From NCBI GenBank assembly GCA_030704615.1, contig CM060732.1:27094001-27158000 (forward strand): 64,000 nt of DNA, given 5' to 3'. The notes under the pieces are model-generated. The model saw only the letters and a list, made by a program, of their open reading frames with translations, searched no databases and was not told where the DNA came from. The number at the start of each line of letters is the position of its first letter. Position 1 is the first letter of the stretch. Made by a program: the position numbers and the translations under genes. Of this stretch, positions 12,101-25,000 are shown piece by piece. The stretch comes from Takakia lepidozioides. Taxonomy: Eukaryota; Plantae; Bryophyta.

Positions 12101-12909
12101 GGATCAGCATAGCACCAAGCAACCCTTCCGCCCCAAGTAAACCACCGTCTTCCAAAATCCTTCCATCTCCTTGTCTGCAGTCTGCACGTAGACCTGGGCC
12201 CACTCCTCCCGCACCCTGGAATCACCCACCCTCAAACCCTCGATCCTCCTGCACCCTCTGCTCCTTGCCTGAGCTCCCACTTTAAGCTATACCTTGCCAA
12301 AATCACCTCCGTTCTAGAACCTTCCCTAGCATTCCTTGGCATGGATTCCATGTGGCCCCGCATGCTATAGCCACTTTCAAGGGGCATGCAATAGCCATGT
12401 GGGCCCAATGCAAATAGCCACACTAGTTGAGTTGAGTCAGCTTGCTAGATGTTGCATGCAATAGCCATGTGCGCCCCACATGCAATAGCCACTTTGAAGG
12501 GGCATGCAATGGCCATGTGGGCCCAATTCACGCTGCCACTTCTATTCGGACAGCCACTTAAGCGTCGGCTCACCTCTAGCTGATTTGATTTTTCGGGCGT
12601 TTGGGGTAGATATTCACTTTAATGAATAAATATCTTTATTCCATTAATCAGATTATGAATTGATGTGCAGCAATTAGAACCACTTGTAATTTCCGCTTTT
12701 TCAAATTTTATGTATTTACGCAATTAATTAAATAGCCCGGATTTTTGCTACGACTCCGGAGTTGTTGACCCCACTTCTGCCCGCCGTCTGAAATGCCCCC
12801 GTGGGCCGACATTGTCCGTTTCGACTCTTTAGTAGTCCTGCTTACTGCCAAGTGGTTCCCGGAGTGGTTTGCGGACACCCAGTCGATTTGGAAAAGACAC
12901 GAATGCTTC

Positions 12910-14757
12910 TAATGTCTAGGATTATTTCTATAATCCTGATTCCCTGGCTGGTAATTACCCCTTGGATTACCCTGATAGTTGCCTCTGGGATTGCCTTGGT
13001 AATTCCCTCTTGGATTACCTCTCCCTTCCATACCATTGTTATAACCATTGTTTCTTCTTGGCTGGGGCTGCACTTGATGCACCCTTACTTGCCTAGGTTC
13101 TCTTGCAGCTGTTCTTCTGTTGTAGTAACAATTCTCAGTAGAATGGTTATCCATTTTACAGATAGTATAGTGTTTCTCCTTCATGTGGCATTCAGCTGTG
13201 GTATGGCCTTCATTCTGGCACTTTGCACACCAAACACCCTTCCTCCAATGTGTTGCAGCCTCTGTGGCATACTTCTTCAAGATCTCCTCCAGTCTTTTCT
13301 CATAGTTCTCCCTCTTCAACTTTTCCTTCTTCTTACTCTTCATTTTGAGCTCTTGCTCTTCTTCCTCATCTGACTTCTCTTTAGAGTCCTCATCATCCCT
13401 TTTATCTCTTCTGAGCATCCCCAATTGCTCAATTTTGTTGGCTGTTTCAAATGCCTCTTCCACTGTATTATGGGGTAGCATATCCACTTTCTTTTGTAAT
13501 TCAGGTGTTAATCCACTCACAAACCAGGTCTTCTATAACCCTGGTGCTGGCACAACAGCCAACTTTTTCATCATCAATTCCATCTTTTCCATGTACTCCT
13601 CAACAGTTTCATGCTTCTTTTGCTTTAACTGTTGTAAACTCCCATACACTTCATCCTCAGTTTTACTTGTCCTAAACTTGTTTCGGAATGTTGTACTAAG
13701 GCCATTCCAGGTTAGGAAATGATTATCAAAGAATCTGCATACCATTCACTTGCTTTCTTCTTAATAGTAACAGGAAACAGTCTCACTTGGCATCATCGCC
13801 ATTTTCAATTGTTCACAATACACATGTGGTCAAATTGGCTGATGTGTACATCAGGATCCCTTTTCCTGCATATATTGGAAAATGTGGTTTTGCCCGTGTT
13901 TGGTTGTACCCCCGCCATCTGTGTGCCCTACACCCTACCCACTGACAGGTGCTGGTCCCCCCTCGGTGCTGGTCCTTGAGGACCTGTTGTAGTAGTGGTG
14001 GAACTGCCCACCAGGTGCTGGCCCCTGAGCACTCCCTGCAACGGCCCCACTAATATTCACACAGTATTTCCAGCTCTAGTTGCACTACTTCCCACACTCC
14101 TTATCCCCCCAGAGCCAGATCCAGGCTGCCTGCCTGATCCCCCTGAGCCGACACCTTCGTTGGCCTTGGATCCAAGTGCTCCACTTGATCCAGGTCCAAC
14201 AGGTGTGGGATTCTTGGTTGTAGGTCTCAACCTCAACTGTTGGGTCTACTTCTTCATACTCTTCATCTTCCAATTTCTTCTCTCTGTTTTGATCTTCCAA
14301 GTTCTGCCCTTGGTTTCTTCTTCTTCACGTCATCGTAACTCATTGCAATGTTGTGGAGAGTCTGAACTCTCCGTTGGCTCTGCCACATCCTCCTCCTCCT
14401 TCTTTGTCTTCCGTTTCACAGAAACTGGAGTTCCTGCTTGTGGTGTTCCATACCAACTCTTATAAAAAAATTTCTATCAAATCTTTTATCTAGGGATGTA
14501 CCTCAGATCTCTCCCCTCGTGGCTGATCTTCTTCCTATACCAAATACCTTAATCTTCTTGTAAGAATGAGAGGATGGAACCAACTCTGGTTCCTCCGGTA
14601 TGGGTGATGTACTCTTTCGACCTTAATGTGTGAGAGGTCCAGATGAGTTCCCTATGTCTATTCCTCTCTCCCCTCCCAAGATATGGATATTAGCTTTCAA
14701 ATAATTCTCGTCTTTTTTGCGAATATCTGTAAATTCTAGCTTCTCTTTCTCACTCAT
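12910..14757 (-). pseudogene. Family A gag (frameshifted, truncated)
   Basis: Matches ORF 49171-50685, including CAKCQNEGHTTAEC and GNYQGNPR repeats. Confidence 0.85.
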
Positions 14758-15492
14758 GTCCCATGTCTTTCATACATATCTTCAATGAGGCAATAACCAA
14801 AACTCTCTTCTGTAGTACTCGCGTATATGCCTGGGTTTCTTTCAACTCTCAATGCACGCCTTGGCTATACTAGAAGTCTCTGTTACCTATATCCATATGG
14901 CAAGCACGTCTGAAAAAGCTGTTCTTGGTGTTAGTTTGATCCACCAAGATTCCTTAGGAATCCAATTCTTTACAGGTCCAACTCTTCATGCATATGAGTG
15001 TAAACATTCACTTTCCGTGCCTCCTCCCACCTTCAAACTTTCAAACTCCACTCGTTTAATGGATAGCAATGCTATCACATAAACCAGCATTGGTAACCAA
15101 CTTGCTCTCCCGTCAAGGCCACTTGATAAATCTGTATCCACTCCTTTCTCCAGACCCCACTCAGGATCTGCATATGCACTCTCTTAAGAATGTTTTCTTT
15201 GCAAACCGTCTAGCCAATTCCAAGAATCTTTGAAAGAATTGCTTGGACAACCTTTCTTTCTCAGTTCGACAGGGAATTTGATTCACAATCAAATTCTTTA
15301 ATTCTCCAACCTACCATGATCCCACCACCAGATGCATGTCAGATCGGGTTGTTCTTGACCCAGTTTCCCAATATGGTCGCCAAATGTCGAGCGGCTTTTA
15401 CTCACCCATCCCTTCGCTATCCGAGGTGGAAACTTCCAAGATAGAAGAGTTGGATATCTCTCGCACTCAGCCCGCTCAGAACAATCAGTCAT
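14754..15492 (-). pseudogene. Family A ORF0 (frameshifted copy)
   Basis: Homologous to the intact 239-aa ORF 48028-48747. Confidence 0.75.
15365..15382 (-). other. Primer-binding site (TGGCGACCATATTGGGAA)
   Basis: Starts with TGG 2 nt after the LTR end (...CTCGACA); same motif at 45653 and 48138. Confidence 0.8.
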
Positions 15493-16482
15493 GACCTTAC
15501 AGCTAGTGAATCATGGTTGTGCTTCCTATTTGTATTCTTTCTTGCCTTCATGTTAGCAAATTACCCTCAACTGTGTATACTGAAGCATCAATTGCTTCAG
15601 TATCTACCATGTTCCATTCACTCATCCATTTCATTCCACAAAACATCTTCACTCATGTCTCTCTACACAGTGTGATGTTTCGAATAAGTATCAGATTAAG
15701 ATTTTATCAAATTATCACGCCGAAGCCATGTGTCTTTAATTTTGCTTCTACCGTATCACTACAACAACGACAACTACAAAACAACTCAAATACAGCTTTG
15801 CATGTAACAAGCAGCTATTGTTCATCTCTCCTCCTTCACTGTGCTCACCATCCTTGCTCCCGTTCTTGCTCTCTGCCCCCTTCTCCTCCCGCCAATGTCC
15901 AAGAATGCCCCCCGTGAACTCCCCTATGATGCTTGCCTCCTGAATTTTTATCTACAAAAAGCACAAGCTGTTCTTAACCGCCTAACTAACTAACTGTCAC
16001 CGTAAGAAGTAAACACGTTCCCTCTGCAAGATGTCGTTCCCACACATTCATTCTCTTCCAATGATATCCTTTCCTATGTACGCTGTGACGGGCTGTGCCA
16101 AACTGTGACGGGCTGTGGCAAACTGTGTCGGGCTGAGACTGTGCCAAGTTGTAACTGGCTGTGTCAGACTGTGTCAGGCTGTGATTGGCTATGTGAAGCT
16201 GTGTCGGGCTATGTCGTGCTGTGTCTGACTGTGCAAAGCTTTGTCGAGCTGTGATAGACTATGACGGGCCGGGCTGTGACTTTCTGTTTCAACTGTGTCG
16301 ACTGGGGGTTGTGACTGCTGTGTAGCCATGTCGACCCCAACCCCCCCCCCTCCTAAAAGCCTGTGCCTGTCACCCCTAAAGCCTCTGTTGGTCTAGTCCT
16401 ACTCCTCTTTAAGTCTGAGCAAAAATGAGGGGTACCCCACAAAACCCATAAAAGTGTCTAAGTCCCAGACAACCCTCTAACA
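15385..16482 (-). repeat. Family A LTR (~1.1 kb, TGTTAGAG...CTCGACA) with an internal ~10-bp ACAGCC-type tandem repeat (16080-16330)
   Basis: TG...CA termini; homologous to 47092-48135. Confidence 0.9.
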
Positions 16483-16499
16483 TTACCCCTCCCCCCCTC
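16483..16499 (-). other. Polypurine tract
   Basis: GAGGGGGGGAGGGGTAA immediately before the LTR start TGTTAG. Confidence 0.85.
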
Positions 16500-16599
16500 A
16501 AAAAGCCATGTCCTCACGGTTTACTGCTTAGGACCAACAAACCTTTGTGAGCGCACACCCTTTTGTCGGTGAGAGTCTCTTGAAGGGCTTATGTGCGAG

Positions 16600-19500
16600 C
16601 TCGAGCCCTGTCACTGGCTGATGGAGGCGATTGAGCACCAAATGGAAATGTCTGTCCCTTCCTCCTGTTGTTGATAACGAGGTAACCTCTCAGGCATAGG
16701 AGATCCCCGTTGTTTCTTTCTCTGCCATCTGTAGTGCATATCTCTCCGCCATGTCAAAAGATTCATCTGTAGAACCAGTAGTATCAGAATCATCTTCGCC
16801 CCTTAGGTGCTTCGGTGGCCGAACTTTAAGTGGCTCCTCCGGAATCCTGCGTGGCATACAATGTTGGCCCACCGTGTCTGGAAGCTTAAACTGTACTACT
16901 TGCTTTAATCGCTTGCAAGCAAAATGAGTGAACTCCCTGAACTCTTTGGCCGTATAGGTGAGAGGTGTGCCAATGACTTTGGAACAGTGTAAGTATTTCC
17001 AGGCTTCATGTCCCTTATAGAAAAATATCATCAGGCCCAATTTTCTTTTGGCCAAGTTGTTCCAAGCCCAAATTAAACCATGAACGAAGCTGGGAATCCT
17101 TCTACATCATGACTTTCGCATCATACAGATACATATGGGTTGAACTGAAGGTAAGACCCAATGATCCCCACTGGAATAACTCAGAAATCGTGATTGCATC
17201 TTCTGTTGCTCAATGTGATAATGTGCCATGAAACAAGCAGCATAGTATAATCCACAGCCCATGATAATACTAGATACCTCCTTGGTCTTGGTGTAGATGT
17301 ACCCATGAACAACCTGGAAGGCAATTAATTCCTTCAGCATGGTGCCTGCCTGCCTCAGACCAGTACCTCGCAAAGTGATGATCTTCAATGGGTCGATTAT
17401 TCGGAAGAACCTTAGTCCTAGCTGCCACTAGCAACCAAATACGCATGATCTAGTAATAATGAGCCAGAGCCTGTGGAGGACTAAATTCCTTCCAAGCCAA
17501 ATCCATCACAATGGGAATTTGGTTGAAGGGCATAATCATAGCCCGATTGTACTCAAGTGCAGCAGGAGTCCTAGGTGGGTTAAAAGTAGCATCCCCCCAA
17601 ACCTCAGACTGTGGCTTTGCCATGGTATGAACAGGGTCAGCCACCTGCACAGCCACCTACTGTGGGGGCTGTGATATTGCCGCCACTATCCCTCCTACTA
17701 CCCGCAACTCTTGCACCTCCTGTGAAGAAGACTGAGAAATTAGATTCCTGGCATGCAAATAAGTAGCCACCAGCTGATCCTCAGGAACAAAGACTCTTTT
17801 ATCAATATTGGAACTCAAGTCATCCACTTGAGTCTGCAGCCCTTCCACATCATCCTGTAACTCTGCTATCCTACTATAGACATTGTCTATAGTAGTTGTG
17901 GCAATGTTCTGCACCTGCAACCTGAGATCATTCATCTCCCCCTGGGTGAGCTTTCTTGGTGCCTTCCCTTCCACCGGCCCTTATGTTAACCATACTTGCA
18001 TAAGATGGTTATCCACCAAGTCCTGTGTAGCACCCCTAAGAGTCTGCTCCTCCTTGAGTCTGTACTTATCTAACTGCCTGCTTGTACGCGTCCATACACT
18101 TCACATGAGGTTCAACCAGGCCGCATAGGCAGCAGCCATATTATTGGCTTCCTTCCAAGCCTTATTAGCCACAGAGAGTTCATTCTTGTGGCCCGTGAGT
18201 GTTTGTTGCAACTGCAGGATGTACCTTTCCTTCTCAGCCTCAACCTGACTGTACTGTTGGAAAATATCCTCATTGCGACTGATAGTAGCCTTCAAATCAG
18301 CAATGAGTTCCCTTTGCTCTACTGTCTCAGCCTCCACCATCATACATCACTCTGCTTGTCTGTTAACTTCTAATGTAGTTTGCTCCAGAGCAGTTGTTAG
18401 TGTGGCACATTGGATGATCATTTTCTGATGAACTGCCTCCAACTCTGTATGGAACACCAACTTCCTGCAATTTGCCCTCATGCTTCACCTGCAACTGTTA
18501 TAGCTGTTGCTTATGTGCTTCATGCAACTTCTCCTGTTCTAGACCCGCTTCAATTAGATTCCCCTTTGCCAACTGCAGGGCAACCTTCGTGTCCTCCAAT
18601 TCCTCCTGCAACTTGAGGTTGGCCTCCACATCCACCTTGTTTGCACATTCGGTGGCAATTCTAGCTTCAAACTCCTGCTTGAGGTCCTCCCTCAAAGCTG
18701 CTAATTGTGTAGATGGAACATGGGATTTCACATAAGTGCCCAACAAATTGAGTGTCATGCTTATGGAACTCATAAGCATGGCCTATTGTGGGTCTTCATG
18801 GTGAACTTGCTGCTGTTCTCCCTGATCCTCCACAGTTTGATGTTTCACGAACCATTCAGGCCATGATCCCACAAGATCCTGCTCCTGAGTCACCTGATCC
18901 TCCACATGTGTTGCAGTGCCTTGACAGTCTACTCCTGGAACCTCCGCCACAGGTTCGGGTATCACATGCACAACAGGGATTTCCTTGGACAAACTCTGCA
19001 TCTTGGGTACCACTGGTTCCCTGACCAAGCCAGAGTTTTCATAGAGAAGGTCACCCTTCCAATTCTTCTTCTCTTCTGCCACTACATGCTCTGTAGTGGG
19101 AATGTCCAACCTTTCTCCTTCCACAGCAATAGGCTCTGGTGTAACAGCATGTACTATCTGAGTGACCCCCGGAACAATTGAGTCAACTGGCTGTGGAGAC
19201 TGTGGTACTGAGGTGACTTCTTCCTCCCTCTCCAAGGGCCTTGCTTCCAGCAATAACAGCCCCCTGTGTGGTTGCTCCTCATCCTGCACAAGTGCTATGG
19301 AAACATCATCATGTGGTTTCCTTGAAGCTAGTGGATCTGCCACAGTCGTATCCCACTTCTGCCTCTTGGACTGGTGCTGCCCCTCCAATCCACCTTCACC
19401 ATGTGAAGAGCCCTGCTCCTCAATTGCAGTGGTTGTTGTCTCAAACACTCTCATTTCCTTGCGTTCTCGTGCATCAAGTATGCAAGAATCAAGGATAATT

Positions 19501-20447
19501 TGTGCAATTACTGGGCCAGACACTATGATCAGAGACTTAGCAATAGTGCCCTGTAACCTCTTCATCTCTTCTACCAGACCATTGTACATCAACTCCGCCC
19601 AAGCTACATCATCTCCCCTCAAAGCTTTCAGTATCTCCTCCGTGAATGATCCGCTCAAGTACTGTTGGTTCTGTTTCATGGCAAACAAGACGTTCAGTAT
19701 TTGGCCAACTTCTCTTAGCCTTGGGTACTCGGCCTTAGTGCAGGTGTATCCTTGAGTCTTAAATAAACTCCCTTCTTGGAACAAATTCCCTATCTGCAAT
19801 CTTGTCCTGTGCTCATCCACATCCACATGACCCGATGGCAAATCGAACAATTGCTGCAAGTACTCGGGAGTAATTTCTATATCTACTCCCCTCACCTGGG
19901 TAACTCTTGTCCGAGGCTCAAAGTTCTGAATAAATTGAATCATATACTTCCGATGATGCAAGGACCAGTCTTTCCGTAGCAGCCCTTCTAATCGCAACTC
20001 CTTCAGCAGCTGCACTACCTGCGGTGTAGCAATTGTTTGATTCTGCAGAATCGTGGTGCTCTTCACCCTGATATCCTGCATTCCCCTTACTCTCCTCTTC
20101 CCAGAGAAACAAGAAGGCCTTGTTTGAAACAGCTGTAGGAAAGCTTGCAGGGCATAGAGCATAAAGGTATGGTTGGCACAGAAAGGAACGGGTAAGTGCG
20201 TGTAAACCTCTGGGGCTTGCACATAGTGGGTGAGAGATAATGTTCTTTCAATCCGTCCGTCCTTGCGCCACTGCATGAGAAGTAAAGCTAATGTGTAGTC
20301 TGTAATATCCGCCATAGCTACAAAGCTATAGCTTTGATTGCCCCTCCCGTCGAGACGCTGGTTATTCGGAGCCACCCCGACTCTTCCGCTCATAACTCTT
20401 CTAATTTCTTGTTCTTGTTTCTTGGAGGGAACCACCTGCATTCTCAC
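16600..20447 (-). pseudogene. Family A 3' extra ORF (ORF3, env-position, ~1200 aa when stops and frameshifts are bridged)
   Basis: ORF series 18783-20447, 18498-18779, 18101-18343, 17657-17974, 17450-17656, 17107-17388, 16690-17055; VRGVDIEITPEYLQQLFDLP resembles plant transposon/Athila-associated domains; long coiled coil; conserved in a second copy. Confidence 0.75.
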
Positions 20448-20457
20448 TCCTGATTGG

Positions 20458-20821
20458 CTATTGCCTCCTTGGGTAACTCCTTAATTTTACCCCCCTTAAT
20501 GGACATTCCCACCTGGAATGTCCACTAGGACAGCACAAGTGGCAAAAGTCCCCCTTTGCTGTACACGTACAGGTTTCCGTTACCTTTGCCCTGAATGCAT
20601 TAATGGGTCCACAATTAGTTTTGGCTGATGTATCAGGTAAGTACTTTGACGGCCCAGTTTGTCCTCTTGCATGATGACACATACTTTTGCAATATATGCA
20701 CTGCAGTGTGCTTCGTCCTAGTGGCCACGTGTTTGATTTTAAATATGTTGTTGTCACCCTTTGTCCGTGTGGCTTTTCCTCCGAGTTTGACTCCCAAACT
20801 GACCTTACGCTTACCGGCCAC
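20458..20821 (-). CDS. Small basic zinc-knuckle ORF between integrase and ORF3 (probably frameshifted)
   Basis: MAGKRKV... start and CHLCCPSGHSRWEC (CX2CX4HX4C). Confidence 0.5.
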
Positions 20822-20858
20822 TTTTTTTATGTTAACCCGCGTTCACCTGTCACTGACC

Positions 20859-22849
20859 CTATGGACTGTGTAACCCGCGTAGGCTGTGTTGGGCTGTGAC
20901 ACAGCCAGCTGTGGTGAGTTGTGATAGGCTGTGTGATGTTGTGATGGGCTGTGATGACTGTGTGAACACCCGTTCTACGCTCAGGCCATACACATTCGGC
21001 TTTACGACAAGTGCCTCTTGCTCTGCTGGTATTACCGGTGTAGTCCGTGACTGCTTCTGTGCTTCAATATGCAAATCATGCTGCAATGGTTTATCATGGA
21101 TACCACTGTATCCTTTCAACTTATTGGCATTAACTCTTCCGAGCATCTCTTTGTTAATGGTTTGTAACATGGCTATGTTTTTATCATACATCTTCTGTAT
21201 GACATAAGGTCCTTTCCATGGTGACTTAAGCTTAGAAGCTTTAATCTTTCCCTTCTTCTGTAACCATAGAACCAAATCACCTGTCTTGAAAGTTTTCAAT
21301 TTACCTTCATCAAATTGATCCTTCCTCTTCCTCTGCATCTGATTCTGGTCATGTTATCTGTTGCATCAGCACTACTTCTTCTTCCACATGATATAATTCA
21401 TGTTTCCTGACTTTAATTGAATCCTCCAATTCCATTCTCCTTCCCCATTCAGTTCTCATGGTAGGTAACAAAGAATTCCACTGGAAGTAAAGCTTCCATA
21501 CCATAAACTAATTGGAATGGTATATACTTAGTAGTGACTTTATATGAAGTCATGTATGACCACAAAGCTGTCAGCAGCTTTGTATCCCAATCCGTTCTAT
21601 TTGCATTGACTATCTTAGCCAAAATAGTGCATAGTATTTTGTTGGTGACCTCTGCCTGCCCATTACCCTGTGGGTAATAGGTTGTACTCTTCCTGTGCAC
21701 AATCATGAACTCCTTAGTCAATAGTTCTATGGTCTCATTAATGAAGTGACTTCCCTGGTCACTGATAAATTCCAGGGGACAGCCAAATCTTGTAAGTATG
21801 TTCTCATACAGAAACCTTGCTGTGGACTTAGCTGTGTTGTCCCTCAGAGCTTTAGCTTCCACCCACTTTGTAGTATAATCAGTGGCTGTGATTATATACT
21901 TGTTCTGTGTATTTCCGGCTGGTGGGTTTATTGGTCCAACAAAGTCTAGTCTCCATTTCTGGAATGGTTCAGTAGGCATCGTAGGACGCAAAGCCATCTT
22001 CCCAGATCTCTGCAAAGGTCCTAGCCTCTGACACTCATCACAACTCTTGCAATACTTATGCACATATTTGAACAGAGTAGGCCACCAGTAACCTGCAAGT
22101 AGTATTTTTCTGCTGGTAGTCTCCTCTCTAAAATGACCTCCAGCCACTCCTTTATGAACTTCTTCCAAAATTTTATTTACTTCATGGTGGTACAAGCATT
22201 GTTTAAGAACTCCATCAGAACCTAGCTTATACAATCTGCCACCTATCATAGTGTAGGGTAAAGCCTTGATAGCTATTCTCTTCCTCTGTTCCTTCCCATA
22301 ATTGGGTGGGCATTGACCATGAGTAAGGTAGTATCTAATTGGCCACTGCCAGTCTAACCAATCATTTGCACTTCCTTGCACCTCCACCGCAAATAAACTC
22401 GCATCAGGTAGTTGGTCGTCTACCCCCGTGGCGGGCTCTCCTGTTGATAGGCGTGACAAGTGATAATGTAGGTTCCTCAAAAGCTTGTTGACATTTAGCT
22501 GTCCATGTAAACACTGCATCGTTCTTCAGAAGCCTGCTCAAAGGTGCTGCCATCTGTGCATACCGTCTGACAAATCTTCTGTAATAACTGGTTTGTCCAA
22601 GGAATCTCCTTAGACTTTTAACATTTCCTGGTGGTGGAGATGCTTTAATGGCCTCTGTCTTTTGGGGATCCGCAAGCAGTCCCCTCTTACACACGATGTG
22701 TCCCAGAAGTACCCCTGAATTCACACAGAAAGTATACTTTTCTGGATTCAACCTAAGACCTCTCATCCTGCATCTAGCCAAGCATAATTCCAACTTCTGC
22801 AAGTGCTCATTCTTAGAGTTGTACACATTGAAGTCATCTAAGAACACTT
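20859..22849 (-). pseudogene. Family A pol remnant (RT end, deleted RNase H, integrase with GPY/F motif)
   Basis: FLDDF; H...GGH...CKSC zinc finger; LDFVGP, SDQGSHF, GQAE (DDE); WKGPYVI. Confidence 0.9.
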
Positions 22850-23326
22850 TGTCGAGCGGTTTTTACTCACCCATCCCTTCGCTATCCGAGGTGGGAACTC
22901 CAAGATAGAAGAGTTGGATACCTCTAAGCACTCAGCCCGCTCAGAACAATCAGTCATGACCTGCAACTAATGTATCATGGTAGTGCTTCCTGTTTGCATT
23001 TCTTCTTGCTTTCATATTAACATTTACCTTGTTGAGTATACTTGAGCATCAGATTGTTTCAGGAATCCTTCAGGTTCTATTCACTCATCCATGCATTCCA
23101 CAGCTTCACTCAAGTCTCTCTACACAGTGTGATTGTATCGAATAAGTATCTGATTAAGATTTATCAGGTATCAGGCCGAAGCCATGGTGTCTCTAGTCTC
23201 CTCTATGGTATCTCCACAACTTTGCATGTATTGAGTATCTACTGATCATCTCTCCTCCTTCACCATGCTCTCCATCCTTGCTTCTGTTCCTGCTCTCCCC
23301 TGATCTCCTCCACTCCTCCACCAAGA
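22850..23326 (-). repeat. Family A copy A4 3' LTR, distal part
   Basis: Begins TGTCGAGCGG (LTR end) inside the RT of A1; matches 15385-15904. Confidence 0.85.
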
Positions 23327-23816
23327 GGGGGCTGCTATTTCATGAGCCATGAGCCATGAGCAGAGTCGTAAGTGTGGAAAAAAACATGACACACAGCTCT
23401 TTTTTCCGGAAATGAGTGTCCGCGGGAATAGGGTTTAGGGTGCCACGGTCATAGGGGGAGAAGGACCTCCCGATGAAAGGAGGTCGGCAATGTTATTTAG
23501 AATTATATATTGAAAGGCAATGTTTCGCGAATGGTAGGGTGGTACTGCTCTGTACAATGGGGGCCCATTTCAGCCTACCAGCCACTTGCAAAATCCACCC
23601 ACACTCCCAATCCCAAACGAAATGAGCAATGACGCATTCTGGGAATGATGGACACAGAATAGAATAAAAAGAGGGCACAATGAGGTTTTTATTGATCCAC
23701 ATGAATTGCATTTGAAGCACGTCTACTGTGCTGATTGTGCCATCAAATCTTTAGCCCTGTGCCTACTGAATACAAGTCACGTTGTCAATGGGACTTCGAC
23801 TGCTCTCAGAACTAGC

Positions 23817-24329
23817 TCATGAGTCATGGGGCTCTCCATGTAGTCGATTGCAGCCGTTGTACCGCCCTAGTGAGTTCACCACAATGTCCTGCCCTTCAAT
23901 CATACCACCATCGAATATGGAAATCTTCACGTTTTCGTCGTCCACACCAATGCGAATGTCCCCATAGAATGGAGAAGAGGAGCGCACTCCTTGAGGAGAA
24001 TAGGTCTCTCCGATGGAGTCCAACCACGTCCAGTGGCAGCAGTTCCACCGCAACAGCATAGCAGGCGCCTTCTTCTGCATGGGTGACCGTCGTAGCTGGG
24101 AAAATCGGAATCGAGGATGCGCAGGAGCCACGGACTCCTCAGACCAAGATCGTCACCCCGCTCGAAGGCGTAGTGGCCTACGATATACTCAAAAGCCACC
24201 AATGTTTCCACAATCGAACAGTATCTTCTGTGTAATCTGTGTACCAGATAACATGTCTCCGATGTGGCCGAATACATTGCATAATCGATGCCTCCAATGG
24301 GCAGTCGTCCCGTTCCGGAAGCACGGCAT
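23817..24329 (-). pseudogene. orfX copy a, unknown ~170-aa protein (frameshifted)
   Basis: EYIVGHYAFERG, PWLLRILD, RWNCCHWT, YGDIR, FDGGMIEGQDIVV align with 25705-26282. Confidence 0.65.
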
Positions 24330-24629
24330 CATTGCAAAGGAGGACCTGAGGACGACTTGGATGCAGATGACAATGACCTTGCGGACAGCTACGAAGCCCT
24401 AGATTTTTGGAAATGATGCGAAGTGGAAGAGCAGTCCGGCCTCCAATAATGGAGCATCTGGGTCCCACGTACCCACCGACGGAGGTTCCATGTGTAATGT
24501 CTTTCTATCTGTCCTAGGTCCACGAAAATCCCTGCAGCATCTGTATAGCTCCACATATGTCCATTTTCCTATACAGACTCCACTACTGTTGCTCATTTCC
24601 ATAGAAGTCCATGCAATATCTATATTGCT

Positions 24630-25000
24630 CCCGCAGATGATGATACCGGAAGGCATAACGCCCAGCAAGGTCACTTTCATTTCCATTCTCAATGCATGTG
24701 CAGCATAACAGCCCTAGAGGAGGTCCATGCTGACATCATCAAAGATGGAGTTGCCTCTATCTTTAGAAAATGCACTTTTTAACATGTATGCCAAATGCGG
24801 CAGCTTAAAGGATGCACGGAAGTGTTTGACAACATGGCTGAGCAAGATGTGGTATCATGGAGCGCAATCCCAGCGCAATGTCGATCGCAGGATATGCTCA
24901 GCATGGGTTTGGTGTGGAGGCTTTAGATATCTATGAGCAAATGATACAGGAAGGGGTGACACCCAACAAGGTTACGTTCATTTGTGTTCTCAAGGCCAGT
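24630..25000 (+). pseudogene. PLS-class PPR gene fragment (captured)
   Basis: GITPSKVTFISILNACA, NALFNMYAKCGSLKDARK, DVVSW, GYAQHG..EAL..YEQM..EGVTPNKVTFICVLKA across frameshifts. Confidence 0.85.

Larger units (their letters stand above)
12910..22849 (-). mobile_element. Athila-like Ty3/gypsy family A, tandem remnant A1 (pol-ORF3-PPT-LTR-PBS-ORF0-gag), truncated at both ends
   Basis: High similarity to the plus-strand copy at 47092-53710; a single LTR is flanked by both a PPT and a PBS. Confidence 0.9.

Noticed and set aside
12300-12909. Short GCATGCAATAGCCA repeats and TE-end-like sequence
   Set aside because: Probably a DNA-transposon subterminal remnant, but no partner end, TSD or ORF was found to support a call
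18783-20447. Retroviral-type envelope gene
   Set aside because: Env-like position only; no convincing signal peptide, furin site or TM segment seen
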